A DNA stretch of 64,000 bases from Candidatus Nanopelagicales bacterium. GTDB lineage: Bacteria; Actinomycetota; Actinomycetes; S36-B12. The position numbers and the translations under genes were made by a program. The notes beneath the pieces are model-generated. The model was given only the letters and a program-made list of their open reading frames with translations. It had not been told where the DNA came from and ran no database searches. How positions within the stretch are numbered: the stretch's first letter is position 1; each line of letters opens with the position of its first letter. The DNA lies in NCBI GenBank assembly GCA_028825115.1, contig JAPKAV010000002.1:126604-190603 (forward strand), in the 5' to 3' direction. Positions 19,576 to 30,094 of this stretch are shown one piece after another.

Positions 19576-20055
19576 ATGCACCATACTCCGGGCATGCTGT
19601 ATAGCGAGCGACTACTACCCGGTCCCATGATTCTTGCCCTGGGAGTGGCCCTGTTTCTCATGGTCGGTGTCGCCTACTCTGGCGCATTTGGATCGCTTCT
19701 GGGGGTTTTCTTGGGATTATCGGTGAGCGCCCTGTTTATCGGGTTTGCTTTTGCAACGGCGCCTCACATTCGGCTTGAGGAACGTGACGGCGCCTGCTTT
19801 CTCACCGCGGGAAGGGCCAGGATTAGTGTTGAGATCATTGGCTCCGTAACACAATTGAGCCCCACTCAGCGGGTTGAAATCCGGCGCGGGCGATCTGCAG
19901 ACACCGCCTTTAGCATGATTAGGGGCTCACTTCCTGTGGTGGAACTTGAGATCTCAGACCCACTCGACCCGCATGGATTATGGTGTCTATCCACCCGGCA
20001 CCCACAAGGACTCATGCGCGCAATCGCCGCCGCAAAAGGACCCAAAAATGGCTAA
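19576..20055 (+). CDS. DUF3093-like membrane protein
   Basis: 159-aa ORF with two N-terminal transmembrane helices. It sits next to dut, as is usual in Actinobacteria. Confidence 0.6.
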   Translation: MHHTPGMLYSERLLPGPMILALGVALFLMVGVAYSGAFGSLLGVFLGLSVSALFIGFAFATAPHIRLEERDGACFLTAGRARISVEIIGSVTQLSPTQRVEIRRGRSADTAFSMIRGSLPVVELEISDPLDPHGLWCLSTRHPQGLMRAIAAAKGPKNG

Positions 20056-20082
20056 ACACACTCGCGGTGGTAGACAAGCACC

Positions 20083-20343
20083 ATGTCAGGAATAGATACG
20101 CACGAAGCTGCAGACAACAATCTCGTGATCCACGTGCTGGCACCACTTGCGGCCATGGGTGCGACATGGGTTACCCGCAAGGCACTGGACACCGGTTACC
20201 GATCCGTCACAGGCCGCATCGCCCCAAATTCTCAAGACGTGCAAGTCAGGTTGGGTTCAGCAGTCATGTGGGCGGCAATTACGGCGGCAAGCGCGGCCGT
20301 TGTTGAAGTAGCAGTGTTTAGGTTCCTGGCGAAAAGGGCTTAA
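20083..20343 (+). CDS. DUF4235-like small protein
   Basis: 86-aa ORF. Family assignment is from memory only. Confidence 0.5.
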   Translation: MSGIDTHEAADNNLVIHVLAPLAAMGATWVTRKALDTGYRSVTGRIAPNSQDVQVRLGSAVMWAAITAASAAVVEVAVFRFLAKRA

Positions 20344-20636
20344 GCACAATCTTTGCACATAGGTCCAGCTTTGCCCTCGTGATCAAACTGACTGCGATGT
20401 CGGACCAAGAAACATGAAACGCATGTGAACTCGTCTGTTCTTTTGGGCACAACCTCCACTATCAAATTCTCCGCGGAAAGGTCCGCCCCGGGCAACTCAA
20501 TAGATTCAGCAAGCTCGGCTTCGTCCACATCAACCGGAGAAGACGCCTTCTCGGCCTGCTGGGCTTTAAGGTCTTCAAGACTGTCCTCAGCAAGTTCCTC
20601 ATCCGTCTTGCGGGGGGCGTCGTAATCGGTAGCCAT
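20340..20636 (-). CDS. DUF4193-like protein
   Basis: 98-aa ORF with an acidic N-terminus and a C-terminal CVSC...CKDC zinc-ribbon-like pattern. Confidence 0.7.
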   Translation of the reverse strand: MATDYDAPRKTDEELAEDSLEDLKAQQAEKASSPVDVDEAELAESIELPGADLSAENLIVEVVPKRTDEFTCVSCFLVRHRSQFDHEGKAGPMCKDCA

Positions 20637-20784
20637 AGTGCCTCATTCCCTTGCATTGTGCGGACCCCCGAAAATTACTTCCGGTGTGCGCGCAGATTGT
20701 GCCTCATACACTTTCGGCGCCCTCATCTGGGGGCCTTTCCATCTCGGTGCGACCAATTCCCAGAGGCTCATGCCACAATGCGCC

Positions 20785-21303
20785 ATGCCTATTTATGCCC
20801 TGGGAGACAAAAGCCCCACAATCGACCCAACAGCTTTTGTACATCCTGATGCGGTATTGATCGGCCGGGTGATCGTTGGCCCTACATCAAGTATTTGGCC
20901 TGGCGCCGTTCTTCGAGCCGACCACGGAAGAATCATTATTGGGGCTGGCACATCCATTCAAGATGGGACCGTTATTCACTGCACAGATACACACGACACG
21001 ATCATTGGTGACCACTGTGTGATTGGGCATGGAGTGCACCTTGAAGGGTGTCGGATTGAATCTGGCTCGCTCATCGGCTCCCACGCGGTTGTTTTACATA
21101 ACGCCGTAGTGGGCCCCACCTCACTTGTCGGTGCATGTGCGCTCGTAGGCAATAACAAAAAGGTTCCTCCTAATGCGCGCGCATTAGGTGTCCCCGCTGT
21201 GATCACAGAAGGAATAGTTACCACTGCAGACATTGAACCCGCTGCCCAGATATATATTAGAAATGCGCGGTGGTATTCAGAGGACTTGCGACTCCTTGAG
21301 TAG
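20785..21303 (+). CDS. gamma-class carbonic anhydrase / left-handed beta-helix family protein
   Basis: Begins MPIYALGDKSPTIDPTAFVHPDAVLIG, followed by hexapeptide repeats. The start is set at ATG 20785. The ORF opens at 20638. Confidence 0.85.
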   Translation: MPIYALGDKSPTIDPTAFVHPDAVLIGRVIVGPTSSIWPGAVLRADHGRIIIGAGTSIQDGTVIHCTDTHDTIIGDHCVIGHGVHLEGCRIESGSLIGSHAVVLHNAVVGPTSLVGACALVGNNKKVPPNARALGVPAVITEGIVTTADIEPAAQIYIRNARWYSEDLRLLE

Positions 21304-22122
21304 TACGTCATGGGCACCCACCGCCCGCAGCATCTGCGAAAATTCGGTGAAAATTCCGGGTGAACTCGCTACTAAGAGTTTGCCAAGATCCCCGTCGATC
21401 GGTGCCACCACCTGTCCACCTGCCAGTGCAACGATTAAGGCCCCCGCTGCATAATCCCAAGGGTTGAGGCCCGTTTCATAGTAGGCGTCAAAGAGCCCAC
21501 TTGCCAACCAGCACAGATCCACCACTGCACAGCCGGAGCGACGCACGTCTGCGACTTTGGGCAGCACCTCGGTTAACACTTCAGCTTGCAACCTTCGGCG
21601 TGAGGCTGAATACCCAAAACCCGTTGACACTAGTGCTCTGGACAGATCATTGCTCTCTCGGACCTGTAGGTTCTCGATGGACTCACCCGTGATGCAAAAG
21701 GCCCCAACGCCAGCGATGCCCACGTAACTCTTGTGAGTTTCTGGAATAGAAATCACACCCACTTGCACTTCGCCATCAATTTCAATCGCGACAGACACGC
21801 CCCACAGCGGGATCCCAAAAAGGTAGTTAACGGTTCCATCAAGCGGGTCAATTATCCAGCGCACGCCCGAACTCCCCGCCCGATCAGCGCCTTCCTCACC
21901 CAAAATTGAGTCATCAGGTCGAGCGGAGGTGATGAGATCCACGATGAGGGCCTCCGCGCCTCGATCCATTTCACTCACCAAGTCGGATCCGCTAGATTTC
22001 GTGTCAATCTCGATCTCCCGTGGCCTGTGGTCTTTGAGAAACGTCCCCGCGGACTGGGCGCAGATCCAAGCAAGACGTGCAAGGTGATGTTCAGTGAGTA
22101 AAGAGTCGATCGAAAGCGTCAT
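21277..22122 (-). CDS. inositol monophosphatase family protein
   Basis: Motifs IIDPLDGTVNYL and WDYAAGALIV. The start could instead be 22140 or 22203. Confidence 0.85.
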   Translation of the reverse strand: MTLSIDSLLTEHHLARLAWICAQSAGTFLKDHRPREIEIDTKSSGSDLVSEMDRGAEALIVDLITSARPDDSILGEEGADRAGSSGVRWIIDPLDGTVNYLFGIPLWGVSVAIEIDGEVQVGVISIPETHKSYVGIAGVGAFCITGESIENLQVRESNDLSRALVSTGFGYSASRRRLQAEVLTEVLPKVADVRRSGCAVVDLCWLASGLFDAYYETGLNPWDYAAGALIVALAGGQVVAPIDGDLGKLLVASSPGIFTEFSQMLRAVGAHDVLLKESQVL

Positions 22123-22190
22123 TACGCCAGACTGCCACATGCACCCCACAACGCTTTTTGCGCGTCGCGGGCGTAGTAACCTTGGCCAAG

Positions 22191-23498
22191 ATGTTTCTTT
22201 CAATTATCCGACCCTACCGAGATGCACTGAGCATCCATGGAGCTGCAAAGTTTTCCGCTGCTGGGTTCCTCGCCCGCTTGCCACTTGCCTTAATTGGTTT
22301 GGGGGTGTTGCTTTACATCAGTAATACCACGGGCTCGTACTCTTTGGCCGGTTTTTTGCAAGCAGTCTTCGTTATCGCCGCCGCTCTTGCCGCCATTATC
22401 TCAAGTCGTATGAGCGATCGATACGGACAAAGAATAATCCTGATCATTTTGCCCAGCCTATTTACACTTACGCTTTTTCTGTTTGTTTACGCAGTTTCAC
22501 ATGAACTTTCGCGTGTAATACAAACCATCCTCGTTGTGATCGCAGGAGCGACCTTCCCTTCATTCGGTTCCCTAGTGCGCACCAGATGGGCCTACGTGAC
22601 TGACCAAAAGGAACCGCTTCTTCACAGTGCGTTCGCTTGGGAAAGCGTTCTAGACGAAGCAATATTCACAATAGGTCCAATCGTGGCCGTGGCCCTCGCT
22701 TTTAACATCAGTTTCGCAAGTCCGATTCTCGTGGGCGCCGTCATTACACTTGTGGGTTCACTGCTCTTGGCAAGACTTGGCGAATCAGCCCCACCGCCAT
22801 CCGACCGAAACGAAAACGCAGAACGAGGATCGGCCATTCGTTCACCAGGAATGATCGCGACCGTTTTTGTAGCCTTGGGAATTGGCACGCTCTTCGGCAC
22901 AATGGACGTCGCAGTGGTGGCTTTTATGCAAGTGTCTGGGACCCCCCAGCTGGCCGGACTCCCTTTGGCCCTTTTTGCGTTATGTTCAATGATCGGCGGC
23001 TTCATCTATGGTAGCCGTCACTTCCAAGCTCCGCTTCCCCGTCAGTTGACGTATACGGTTTTGATCACCACCGTTATCGTCCTGCCGTTGCCGTTTATTG
23101 GGTCAGCCCCGGTCCTCATTGGCGCAATCGCCGTATCAGGTTTTGCGGTTGCACCCACACTGATTGTAACTTTCTCGCTTGCACAAAGGCTCACACCGCC
23201 AAAACTGCTGACCGAGGGCCTTACCTGGACCAACTCCGGTCTCGCTGCCGGCTTTGCGTTCGGAGCCTCTCTGAGCGGCTTCCTTGTTGATCGAGTCGGC
23301 ACTCAATTCGCATTCGGTCTGGCAGCGGTTGGATCCGCCATTTCCTTGACCAGTGTCCTCATCACCCGAGGTAATTGGAACCGGGCCATTGCCCTTCGCG
23401 GAACAGAACCCACCCATGTGGCACCGATTACGTTGAATCAGGACCCAATACCAGGGCCAGCCCCCGGCGCGTTCATGGATAACGGAGACAGCAAGTAA
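22191..23498 (+). CDS. MFS transporter
   Basis: About 12 predicted transmembrane segments. ATG 22191 is preferred over the TTG at 22158. Confidence 0.8.
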   Translation: MFLSIIRPYRDALSIHGAAKFSAAGFLARLPLALIGLGVLLYISNTTGSYSLAGFLQAVFVIAAALAAIISSRMSDRYGQRIILIILPSLFTLTLFLFVYAVSHELSRVIQTILVVIAGATFPSFGSLVRTRWAYVTDQKEPLLHSAFAWESVLDEAIFTIGPIVAVALAFNISFASPILVGAVITLVGSLLLARLGESAPPPSDRNENAERGSAIRSPGMIATVFVALGIGTLFGTMDVAVVAFMQVSGTPQLAGLPLALFALCSMIGGFIYGSRHFQAPLPRQLTYTVLITTVIVLPLPFIGSAPVLIGAIAVSGFAVAPTLIVTFSLAQRLTPPKLLTEGLTWTNSGLAAGFAFGASLSGFLVDRVGTQFAFGLAAVGSAISLTSVLITRGNWNRAIALRGTEPTHVAPITLNQDPIPGPAPGAFMDNGDSK

Positions 23499-23543
23499 GT
23501 TAGGCTGTAATCAACCATTTTTTACTATCCTGAGGAGCACCCC

Positions 23544-24263
23544 CTGAATCCCCTGAGCCCACGTGAAATTCAGCAGCGGGTACGTGCTGGTGAATCTCCC
23601 GAAATGGTGGCGCAGGAGACCGGCTGGGACTTAGAGCGTGTAAATCGTTACGCAGAGCCACCAGTGCGCGAGCGCGCTTATGTAGCCCAATGTGCAAGCG
23701 AAGTGCAGGTGCATCAACATCGTGGCAGTGCCACACTGGCAGAAGTGGTCGGTAACTCCTTGGGACTCACGGCCGAACAGTTGGATTGGGATAGCGCCCA
23801 CCTAAATGGTCAATGGCTCGTTGAACTAAAGCCCTTAGGCGCACCGTCGTCTAGCGAAAGTGCCCAATGGTCATATGAGCCATCGGGCAAGTCGGTCAAT
23901 CCACTAAACGCCTCGGCTCGAACCCTGATGGGCCTGGATCCCGCGCGTGATCCCGGAATTGGTTCCGCGATGGAGTCAACGATTATCATTGATACCACTG
24001 CAGCCCCACTTCAACCTCAACGAGAAAAAGCTGCACAAGAACCACAAGTGCCAACTGTAAAACTTACGGCGGTCCCCGAGTTGGAATCTGAAGTCTTAGA
24101 ACTGGTGAATTTGGAGGAACTGCCGGATTCCTCGGACATATCCGAGGACACGCCTGAGATCGCACCAACGCCTCCAGCGTCCGCAAAAAAGGTACGCAAA
24201 GGCCGGGCCAAAGTCCCCAGTTGGGACGAAATCCTGTTTGGCAACAACTCCACGGAGGAATAA
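23544..24263 (+). CDS. sepH: septation protein SepH homologue (DUF3071 HTH region and conserved C-terminal tail)
   Basis: LSPREIQQRVRAGESPEMVAQETGWDLERVNRYAEPPVRERAYV matches the SepH helix-turn-helix core. The C-terminus KGRAKVPSWDEILFG matches the SepH tail. The conserved N-terminal residues lie upstream of the first ATG (23604), so the start is uncertain. CTG 23544 lies 6 nt after GAGGAG. Confidence 0.7.
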   Translation: MNPLSPREIQQRVRAGESPEMVAQETGWDLERVNRYAEPPVRERAYVAQCASEVQVHQHRGSATLAEVVGNSLGLTAEQLDWDSAHLNGQWLVELKPLGAPSSSESAQWSYEPSGKSVNPLNASARTLMGLDPARDPGIGSAMESTIIIDTTAAPLQPQREKAAQEPQVPTVKLTAVPELESEVLELVNLEELPDSSDISEDTPEIAPTPPASAKKVRKGRAKVPSWDEILFGNNSTEE

Positions 24264-24283
24264 CCCAACCCGCAAGTCAGCAG

Positions 24284-24931
24284 TTAAACCGCATCAAATG
24301 GAAGTGGTTCGCGAGACAAGTGGGCATTGTTTGCGCGCTTTGATGTGAGTTGGGCCCGGTAGTGGCGCCGACATAACACTTCGTAGGAAACTTCAGCGCT
24401 ACTGCTCACGTCTCCCACCATTACCTGATCACCATCGATAGTCATTTCGCCGTTAATCGTGCGGGCGTTATGCAGTGCCCTGCTACCGCACCAACACAGC
24501 GCTTCCACTTGCAAGTACTGCACCCGGTCGGCAAGTTCCAATAGTCGAGCTGATCCAGGAAAGAGCTTCGTACGAAAGTCAGTCAAGATCCCGAACGCAA
24601 ACACATCGAGCGCAAGCTCATCGACCAGCTGGGCAATTTCCTCAACCTGTTCTGGCGTGTAAAACTGCGCTTCGTCACAAATTAGATAGTCGATCCGGTG
24701 CCCACGAGAGAGTCGGTCCACAACGAACCTACGCAAATTCAGCCCGTCGCTGACTTCGATCGCCGGAACCTCAAGGCCGAGTCTGCTCGAAAGGACGGAC
24801 TCTCCGGCTCGGTCAAACTTTGTAAACACCAGGCCAGACCTTCCACGGCTCGCATGGTTGTGGTCGGTCTGCAGGGCCAGCGTCGATTTTCCGCAGTCCA
24901 TGGTTCCCACGTAATAGATGAGTTCGGCCAC
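24284..24931 (-). CDS. tdk: thymidine kinase
   Basis: P-loop GTMDCGKST and zinc-binding CWCG...CRRH cysteines. Confidence 0.95.
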   Translation of the reverse strand: MAELIYYVGTMDCGKSTLALQTDHNHASRGRSGLVFTKFDRAGESVLSSRLGLEVPAIEVSDGLNLRRFVVDRLSRGHRIDYLICDEAQFYTPEQVEEIAQLVDELALDVFAFGILTDFRTKLFPGSARLLELADRVQYLQVEALCWCGSRALHNARTINGEMTIDGDQVMVGDVSSSAEVSYEVLCRRHYRAQLTSKRANNAHLSREPLPFDAV

Positions 24932-24990
24932 GGAAGCATAATTCCATGTCTTGTCGAGCTGTCGCTATCTGGCCTTACTGAACCCAGATG

Positions 24991-26151
24991 TCAGGCGTTA
25001 GCCCCCGGGTGGAAAACTCTAAACGGGATACTCATTTCACCCACCGACATCGACCCATGTTGGCCCAAAAATGAACTGGAACGCGAATCCGAAGTGCTGG
25101 CCAACAGGGCGTCGCTGCGAGCAATCACCATAAAGTCACCCAATCTTTCGAAGAAATCTGGATCTAGTTGGGGAAAATACTCCTCCTCAGCGAGTTCCTC
25201 CCGAGTCACCACGTCAAAATCTGGCCCGAGAACTTCTCGCCACCGAGCCATAACATCTGGCCCCGAACCTGGCCGGGTATAGATATGTCGAGCCCGCGGA
25301 TCACCAGCAACCCACCTCACACCGGGCGCCAGTACCGGATGGGACTCAATATTAATTCGACGGTCCGGTGGACACAACACCATTCCATGATCCGAAGTAA
25401 TTACCAAACTAATATCGGATCCAGCATCTTTCGCGATCACGCCCGCAATTCGGCACACAAGGGCATCAATTAGGCGCAATTGCGCCAGCCAGGGGCGAGA
25501 TCCCGGACCATGTACATGGCCGATCCGGTCCAGTTCTGGCCAGTACACATAGGTCAACGCGGGCGTTCGCGCATACCCAATTCGATCACGAACGATCCGT
25601 TCCATGTCAGCAAGATCGGCAGATCCCAAGTAAACGCCACCGCGGAGCACCGACTTGGTAATCCCCGAACCGCGATAACTTTCACTCGCGATGCTTGCGA
25701 CATCGATCCCACCCGCTGACGCCCACTCAAATAACGGTGCCGAAGGAATCATCGCAAGCGGATGTGGGTGAGAGCCCCATTGCAACGGCGCAAACAGGGA
25801 ATCTTCCTCCGGCACGTAAAAACTCGCGCCCACAAACCCGTGCTGGCCGGGAGATTGCCCTGTCCCCAACGAACCCAATGCAACCGGGGTCGTACTGGGA
25901 AAGTGGGTGAGCATTGGGGCGGCAAGGGAGGACTCACTCAGAAGCAGATTTGGAGCGAATTCTTGGAGTTGAATTTCACCCAGACCATCAATCAGAAGGA
26001 CTATTACGTGTGAAGACAAAGGAATATTGGCACCCGAAAATGCAGACGCACCAGCGAAAAGAGATGGTTTGAGAGCGCAGATCGCGCCGGGGATCACATC
26101 TTTTAGTTGAAGGGCTGGCTGCCCAAACGGGATCGTTTGTAGCGGGTGCAC
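24991..26151 (-). CDS. alkaline phosphatase superfamily protein (nucleotide pyrophosphatase/phosphodiesterase type)
   Basis: 386-aa ORF with LLIDGLG near the N-terminus and an ITSDHGM metal-site motif. Confidence 0.75.
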   Translation of the reverse strand: MHPLQTIPFGQPALQLKDVIPGAICALKPSLFAGASAFSGANIPLSSHVIVLLIDGLGEIQLQEFAPNLLLSESSLAAPMLTHFPSTTPVALGSLGTGQSPGQHGFVGASFYVPEEDSLFAPLQWGSHPHPLAMIPSAPLFEWASAGGIDVASIASESYRGSGITKSVLRGGVYLGSADLADMERIVRDRIGYARTPALTYVYWPELDRIGHVHGPGSRPWLAQLRLIDALVCRIAGVIAKDAGSDISLVITSDHGMVLCPPDRRINIESHPVLAPGVRWVAGDPRARHIYTRPGSGPDVMARWREVLGPDFDVVTREELAEEEYFPQLDPDFFERLGDFMVIARSDALLASTSDSRSSSFLGQHGSMSVGEMSIPFRVFHPGANA

Positions 26152-26157
26152 GGTGAT

Positions 26158-26730
26158 CTAGTTGTTGCCCGACACGCTGGCCTGCGACAGTGCACGTGCG
26201 AACTCAAGGACCTGCGCGATTGTGTCATCGCCGTCAGCGGCCTGTGAAACTCGTAACGAAAAGTCGTCATTTGTCGCAGTTCCTACCAGGCCATGTTCTG
26301 CATCACACTCAGGATCGCCACACGACGCTGGCTCCAACTCGATTCGACTCACCGCTCCCCAGCCAATCGTGAGAACGACTTCAGATGTCGATGTGCCTTG
26401 CGCACCTGCCGGATCCTTTACCACCCGATTGAGCACAACCGTATCAACTGCTCCAAGCCGCACGCTTTCATTGGAAGTGGATGCGTACGCGTGCTCTTCG
26501 TGACTGTGCTCATCCGTGTGTGACACAATCAAGCGAGTGTGCGTGAGAGCAAGGACGCTCATGTGGCGCCGCAATTCATCTCGGTCAAAAGTCGCCTCGT
26601 GATGTACAACGTAGGCGAGGAGTCCCTCGGAGCCCAGTGCCCCGTCGAGAGACTCAAACACGAGTTGGGGGTAATACCCATGCCGTTCAAGATCGCTCAG
26701 GAGCGCCTGCTCCAAGACACCAGTATTCAT
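26158..26730 (-). CDS. DUF5998-like protein
   Basis: 190-aa ORF immediately downstream of the phosphodiesterase gene. The family call is from remembered synteny. Confidence 0.5.
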   Translation of the reverse strand: MNTGVLEQALLSDLERHGYYPQLVFESLDGALGSEGLLAYVVHHEATFDRDELRRHMSVLALTHTRLIVSHTDEHSHEEHAYASTSNESVRLGAVDTVVLNRVVKDPAGAQGTSTSEVVLTIGWGAVSRIELEPASCGDPECDAEHGLVGTATNDDFSLRVSQAADGDDTIAQVLEFARALSQASVSGNN

Positions 26731-26809
26731 CGCGCATCAGTCTAGGGGCTATGGTCGAAGGGCGAATTTACCGAATCGAAAATCGGACCACTTTTCTTTC
26801 ACAAAAGAG

Positions 26810-27600
26810 GTGTCGGCCGCTCTACATACGGGTACACCCGTCGTGGCACTGGAATCCACAATTGTTCGCCACGGACTCCCTCGCCCCGAAAATCTACGTG
26901 TCGCCATAGAGGTCGAAGACATGGTTCGCCCACGGGGGCGCGTTGCCGGCCACTCTCGCGATGTGAAAAGTTCGTGGCTATGTCGGCTTAAGTCAGGATG
27001 GGCCAAAGCAAATGGTGACCCGAGACCACGTCATTAAAACCAGAATCCGCGATCTCGGCGCTGTTGCGGCCCTCAAAGGTTTTGCGGCGACCACAGTCGC
27101 CGCTACAAGCCAGGTGGCCATTCTCGCTGGCATCAGCGTATTCCCGACCGGTGGGCTGGGCGGCGTGCGCCTTCATGCGCGCAAGACTTGGGTTGAATCG
27201 GCAGACTTGTCCGCATTGAGATAAGTACCCATCACGATCGTGTGCTCCGGAGTTAAGTCAATCCTGGATGTGGGCGCGATCCTGGAGCGCTTGGAAACAT
27301 TAAATGTTGGAGTAGTTGTTTACGGATCCCACCAGTTTCCCGGTTTTTTTTCTGAGTAAATCGGGAATCACTGTCGACTGGTCAATCTCTGATCCGACGG
27401 AGATTACAGACGTTATGGCGGCACGCCGGAGTTTCTCGATCAGATCTGGTCTTGTCATCGCACACCCGTTACCCGCCGCTAGCCAACCACCACGATCCAT
27501 GGCTCGCAGGATGCGATATCCCGATTTCTCATGAAACAGGTACTAGTCTTGTGGAGCCAAAGCTTAGTCAGGTGAACGCCACCATAATCACCGAATAAAC
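26810..27600 (+). pseudogene. psuG: decayed pseudouridine-5'-phosphate glycosidase gene
   Basis: PsuG-like peptides occur in three frames: [30 protein letters not shown], then GALPATLAM, then AATTVAATSQVAILAGISVFPTGGLGGV...SADLSAL, then [40 protein letters not shown], then SKSGITVDW...LVIAHPLP. Disruptions are a frameshift at the G5 run (26934-26938), in-frame TGA (26964-26966), in-frame TAA (27222-27224), a frameshift at the T8 run (27344-27351) and no recognisable C-terminal third. Confidence 0.75.
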
Positions 27601-27643
27601 GGTGTCTGCAGAAGCTTCATATTGAAAGGAGACCAACAGGCAC

Positions 27644-30091
27644 ATGGCTGCGAAAAAAAAATCTGGTCTCGGTTCTTCACGGATCATTGACACAGATGTC
27701 GCTGACGAAATGCGCGACTCATTCTTGGAATATGCCTACTCGGTTATTTACTCGCGCGCGCTACCAGATGCACGTGATGGCTTAAAGCCAGTGCAACGCA
27801 GAATTTTGTTCCAGATGAACCAGATGGGCTTGCGCCCCGATCGCGGGCACGTGAAGAGCGCACGCGTTGTCGGTGAAGTAATGGGTCGGCTGCACCCCCA
27901 TGGTGATTCTGCAATTTATGATGCCCTGGTTCGTATGGCCCAATCCTTTTCATTGCGCATTCCCTTGATTGATGGTCACGGTAATTTCGGCTCGATCGAT
28001 GACGGCCCGGCCGCAATGCGCTACACCGAGGCGCGGCTTGCCAAGAGCGCAATTGAGATGACTGCCGGGATCGACGAAGACGTCGTCGATTTCGCTCCCA
28101 ATTACGACGGCCGCGAAATCGAACCCATTGTTCTGCCCGCTGCAATTCCGAACTTGCTAGTCAATGGGGCAAGTGGAATTGCGGTAGGCATGGCAACCAA
28201 CTTGGCACCCCATAATCTTGCTGAAGTAATCAACGCAACCAGATTTCTCCTAGACCATCCAAAAGCAACACTCGATGAGCTCATGACCTTTATTCCTGGT
28301 CCAGACTTCGCAACAGGTGGCGTCATCATTGGACTTGCGGGCATTCGCGATGCCTATGAAACAGGTAAGGGTACATTTAAGGTTCGGGCGCGCACAAAAA
28401 TTGAACAGGTCAGTCCGCGCAAGCGGGGAATCATTGTCACCGAGCTTCCCGCCAACATCGGCCCAGAGCGGATCATCGAACGGGTTAAAGACTTGGTCAT
28501 AGGCAAGAAACTGCAGGGTATATCCGACATCGTTGACCTCACCGATGGAGATTCCGGACTCAATCTCGTGATCGAATGTAAGAGTGCCTTTTCTCCTGAG
28601 GCGATCCTGGAACAACTGTTTAAACTCACACCCATGGAGGACTCGTTCAACATCAATGCGGTCGCTCTCGTTGATGGACAGCCCCTCACAATGGGCCTCA
28701 AGCAACTGATTGAGGTGTTTATTGGTCATCGGATACACGTAGTCACTCGACGAAGCCGTTACCGCAAAGAAGTTGCAGCAAGCCGTCTGCATCTCGTTGA
28801 TGGCTTACTCATTGCCATTCTTGACATTGATGAAGTAATTCAGGTGATCCGCAACAGTGACGACACCTCGGCGGCACGCACCCGTCTTGTAGAAATTTTT
28901 GACCTCACTGAATTGCAAGCAAATTACATTTTAGAAATGCCATTGCGACGGCTCACAAAGTTTTCACGGATTGAGTTGGATAAGGAGTCAGACCAACTTC
29001 GATCAACTATTGCCTCATTGGAATCGCTCCTAGAAAACGAGTCGAGCCTTCGCGCTCTGGTCTCCTCAGAATTGGCGGAAGTCAGTGCGGCGCATTCGAG
29101 TCCGCGCAAAACCCTGTTACTCGAGTCCACCGGAAGCCCGTCCATTGCCGCCAGCGCATCCCTTGAGATTGCAGACGAAGACTGTGTCGTCTTGCTCTCT
29201 AGCACCGGCTTGATTGCCCGCACCTCTTCGGTGAGCACTGGTGATTCGAGTCAACGAACCAGCCACGATGTCGTGATTTCTAGTGCCCGCGGTACTTCGA
29301 GGGGTGAACTTGGCGTGTTAACCTCCCTGGGCAACATACATCGAATTTCCGTTGTCGATGTCCCTGCGATCCCACCCACGTCAGGTGTGCCTGGACTAAG
29401 CGGCGGCGCACCAATAGGCGCTTTTCTCTCTCTTGAGTCGACCGAATCACCCGTGGCGGTTCTCCACCTCGAATCCCCCTTCGTATTAGGCACCAGAAAA
29501 GGATCGGTGAAGCGGCTCGCTTCGACGCATCCGATTGGACGCCCTGTGTGGGATGTCATCAGTCTTGACCCGGGCGACGCCGTAGTCGCCGCGGTTGCCT
29601 TGGATGAGCACCATGCCGGCCAATCGGATTTGGTATTCATCACAGCCGCCGGTCAATTATTGCATTTTCCAGCTTCAGCCATTCGGGTGCAAGGGCGCTC
29701 GGCCGGCGGAGTTGCCGGAATCAAGTCCCCCGATTCTGCGGTTATTTTCTTCGGAGTTGTTGAGCCGAGTGGAGAAAATATTGTCGTTACCGTGTCCGGC
29801 TCTAGTCAGGCACTTCCAGGAACCGAGGCGGGAAACGGCAAGGTCTCCGATTTCAGCGAATATCCGGGCAAGGGGCGCGCAACGGCCGGTGTTCGGTCAC
29901 ACAAATTCCGCTCGGGTGAGGACACGCTTTCACGGGCGTGGTGTGGCCCAACTCCGGCAAGAGCCGCAACCTCGAGTGGAACACCCGCCTACCTTCCCGA
30001 ATCTGACGGCAAACGAGACGGAACAGGCACCCCACTTACCCACCCGATCGATGCGTTGGGTGGGCCAATTGTGATCCGTTTAGAGTCTTGA
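27644..30091 (+). CDS. parC: type IIA topoisomerase subunit A (topoisomerase IV / second gyrase-like)
   Basis: 815-aa ORF with the active-site Tyr motif [10 protein letters not shown], GyrA/ParC N-terminal breakage-reunion domain motifs and a C-terminal beta-pinwheel region. Its partner B subunit is at 33279-35366. The parC versus gyrA-paralogue assignment is from context only. Confidence 0.85.
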   Translation: MAAKKKSGLGSSRIIDTDVADEMRDSFLEYAYSVIYSRALPDARDGLKPVQRRILFQMNQMGLRPDRGHVKSARVVGEVMGRLHPHGDSAIYDALVRMAQSFSLRIPLIDGHGNFGSIDDGPAAMRYTEARLAKSAIEMTAGIDEDVVDFAPNYDGREIEPIVLPAAIPNLLVNGASGIAVGMATNLAPHNLAEVINATRFLLDHPKATLDELMTFIPGPDFATGGVIIGLAGIRDAYETGKGTFKVRARTKIEQVSPRKRGIIVTELPANIGPERIIERVKDLVIGKKLQGISDIVDLTDGDSGLNLVIECKSAFSPEAILEQLFKLTPMEDSFNINAVALVDGQPLTMGLKQLIEVFIGHRIHVVTRRSRYRKEVAASRLHLVDGLLIAILDIDEVIQVIRNSDDTSAARTRLVEIFDLTELQANYILEMPLRRLTKFSRIELDKESDQLRSTIASLESLLENESSLRALVSSELAEVSAAHSSPRKTLLLESTGSPSIAASASLEIADEDCVVLLSSTGLIARTSSVSTGDSSQRTSHDVVISSARGTSRGELGVLTSLGNIHRISVVDVPAIPPTSGVPGLSGGAPIGAFLSLESTESPVAVLHLESPFVLGTRKGSVKRLASTHPIGRPVWDVISLDPGDAVVAAVALDEHHAGQSDLVFITAAGQLLHFPASAIRVQGRSAGGVAGIKSPDSAVIFFGVVEPSGENIVVTVSGSSQALPGTEAGNGKVSDFSEYPGKGRATAGVRSHKFRSGEDTLSRAWCGPTPARAATSSGTPAYLPESDGKRDGTGTPLTHPIDALGGPIVIRLES

Positions 30092-30094
30092 TTC

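Noticed and set aside
20785-21303. Two carbonic anhydrase genes (gamma-class at 20785-21303, beta-class at 32761-33282) as a possible CO2-concentrating system.
   Set aside because: They are 11 kb apart and in unrelated operon contexts. No bicarbonate transporter, carboxysome or RuBisCO gene is present. Both families are common housekeeping genes.
23500-23736. A 78-aa minus-strand ORF overlapping the 5' end of sepH.
   Set aside because: It is antisense to the conserved SepH HTH-coding region, and no motif or RBS was seen.
26749-27500. Minus-strand ORFs 26749-27006, 26988-27176 and 27300-27500, and the plus-strand fragments 26810-27037, 27012-27224 and 27316-27534 as separate genes.
   Set aside because: The plus-strand fragments are consecutive pieces of one broken psuG reading frame. 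The minus-strand ORFs are antisense to it and have no features of their own.
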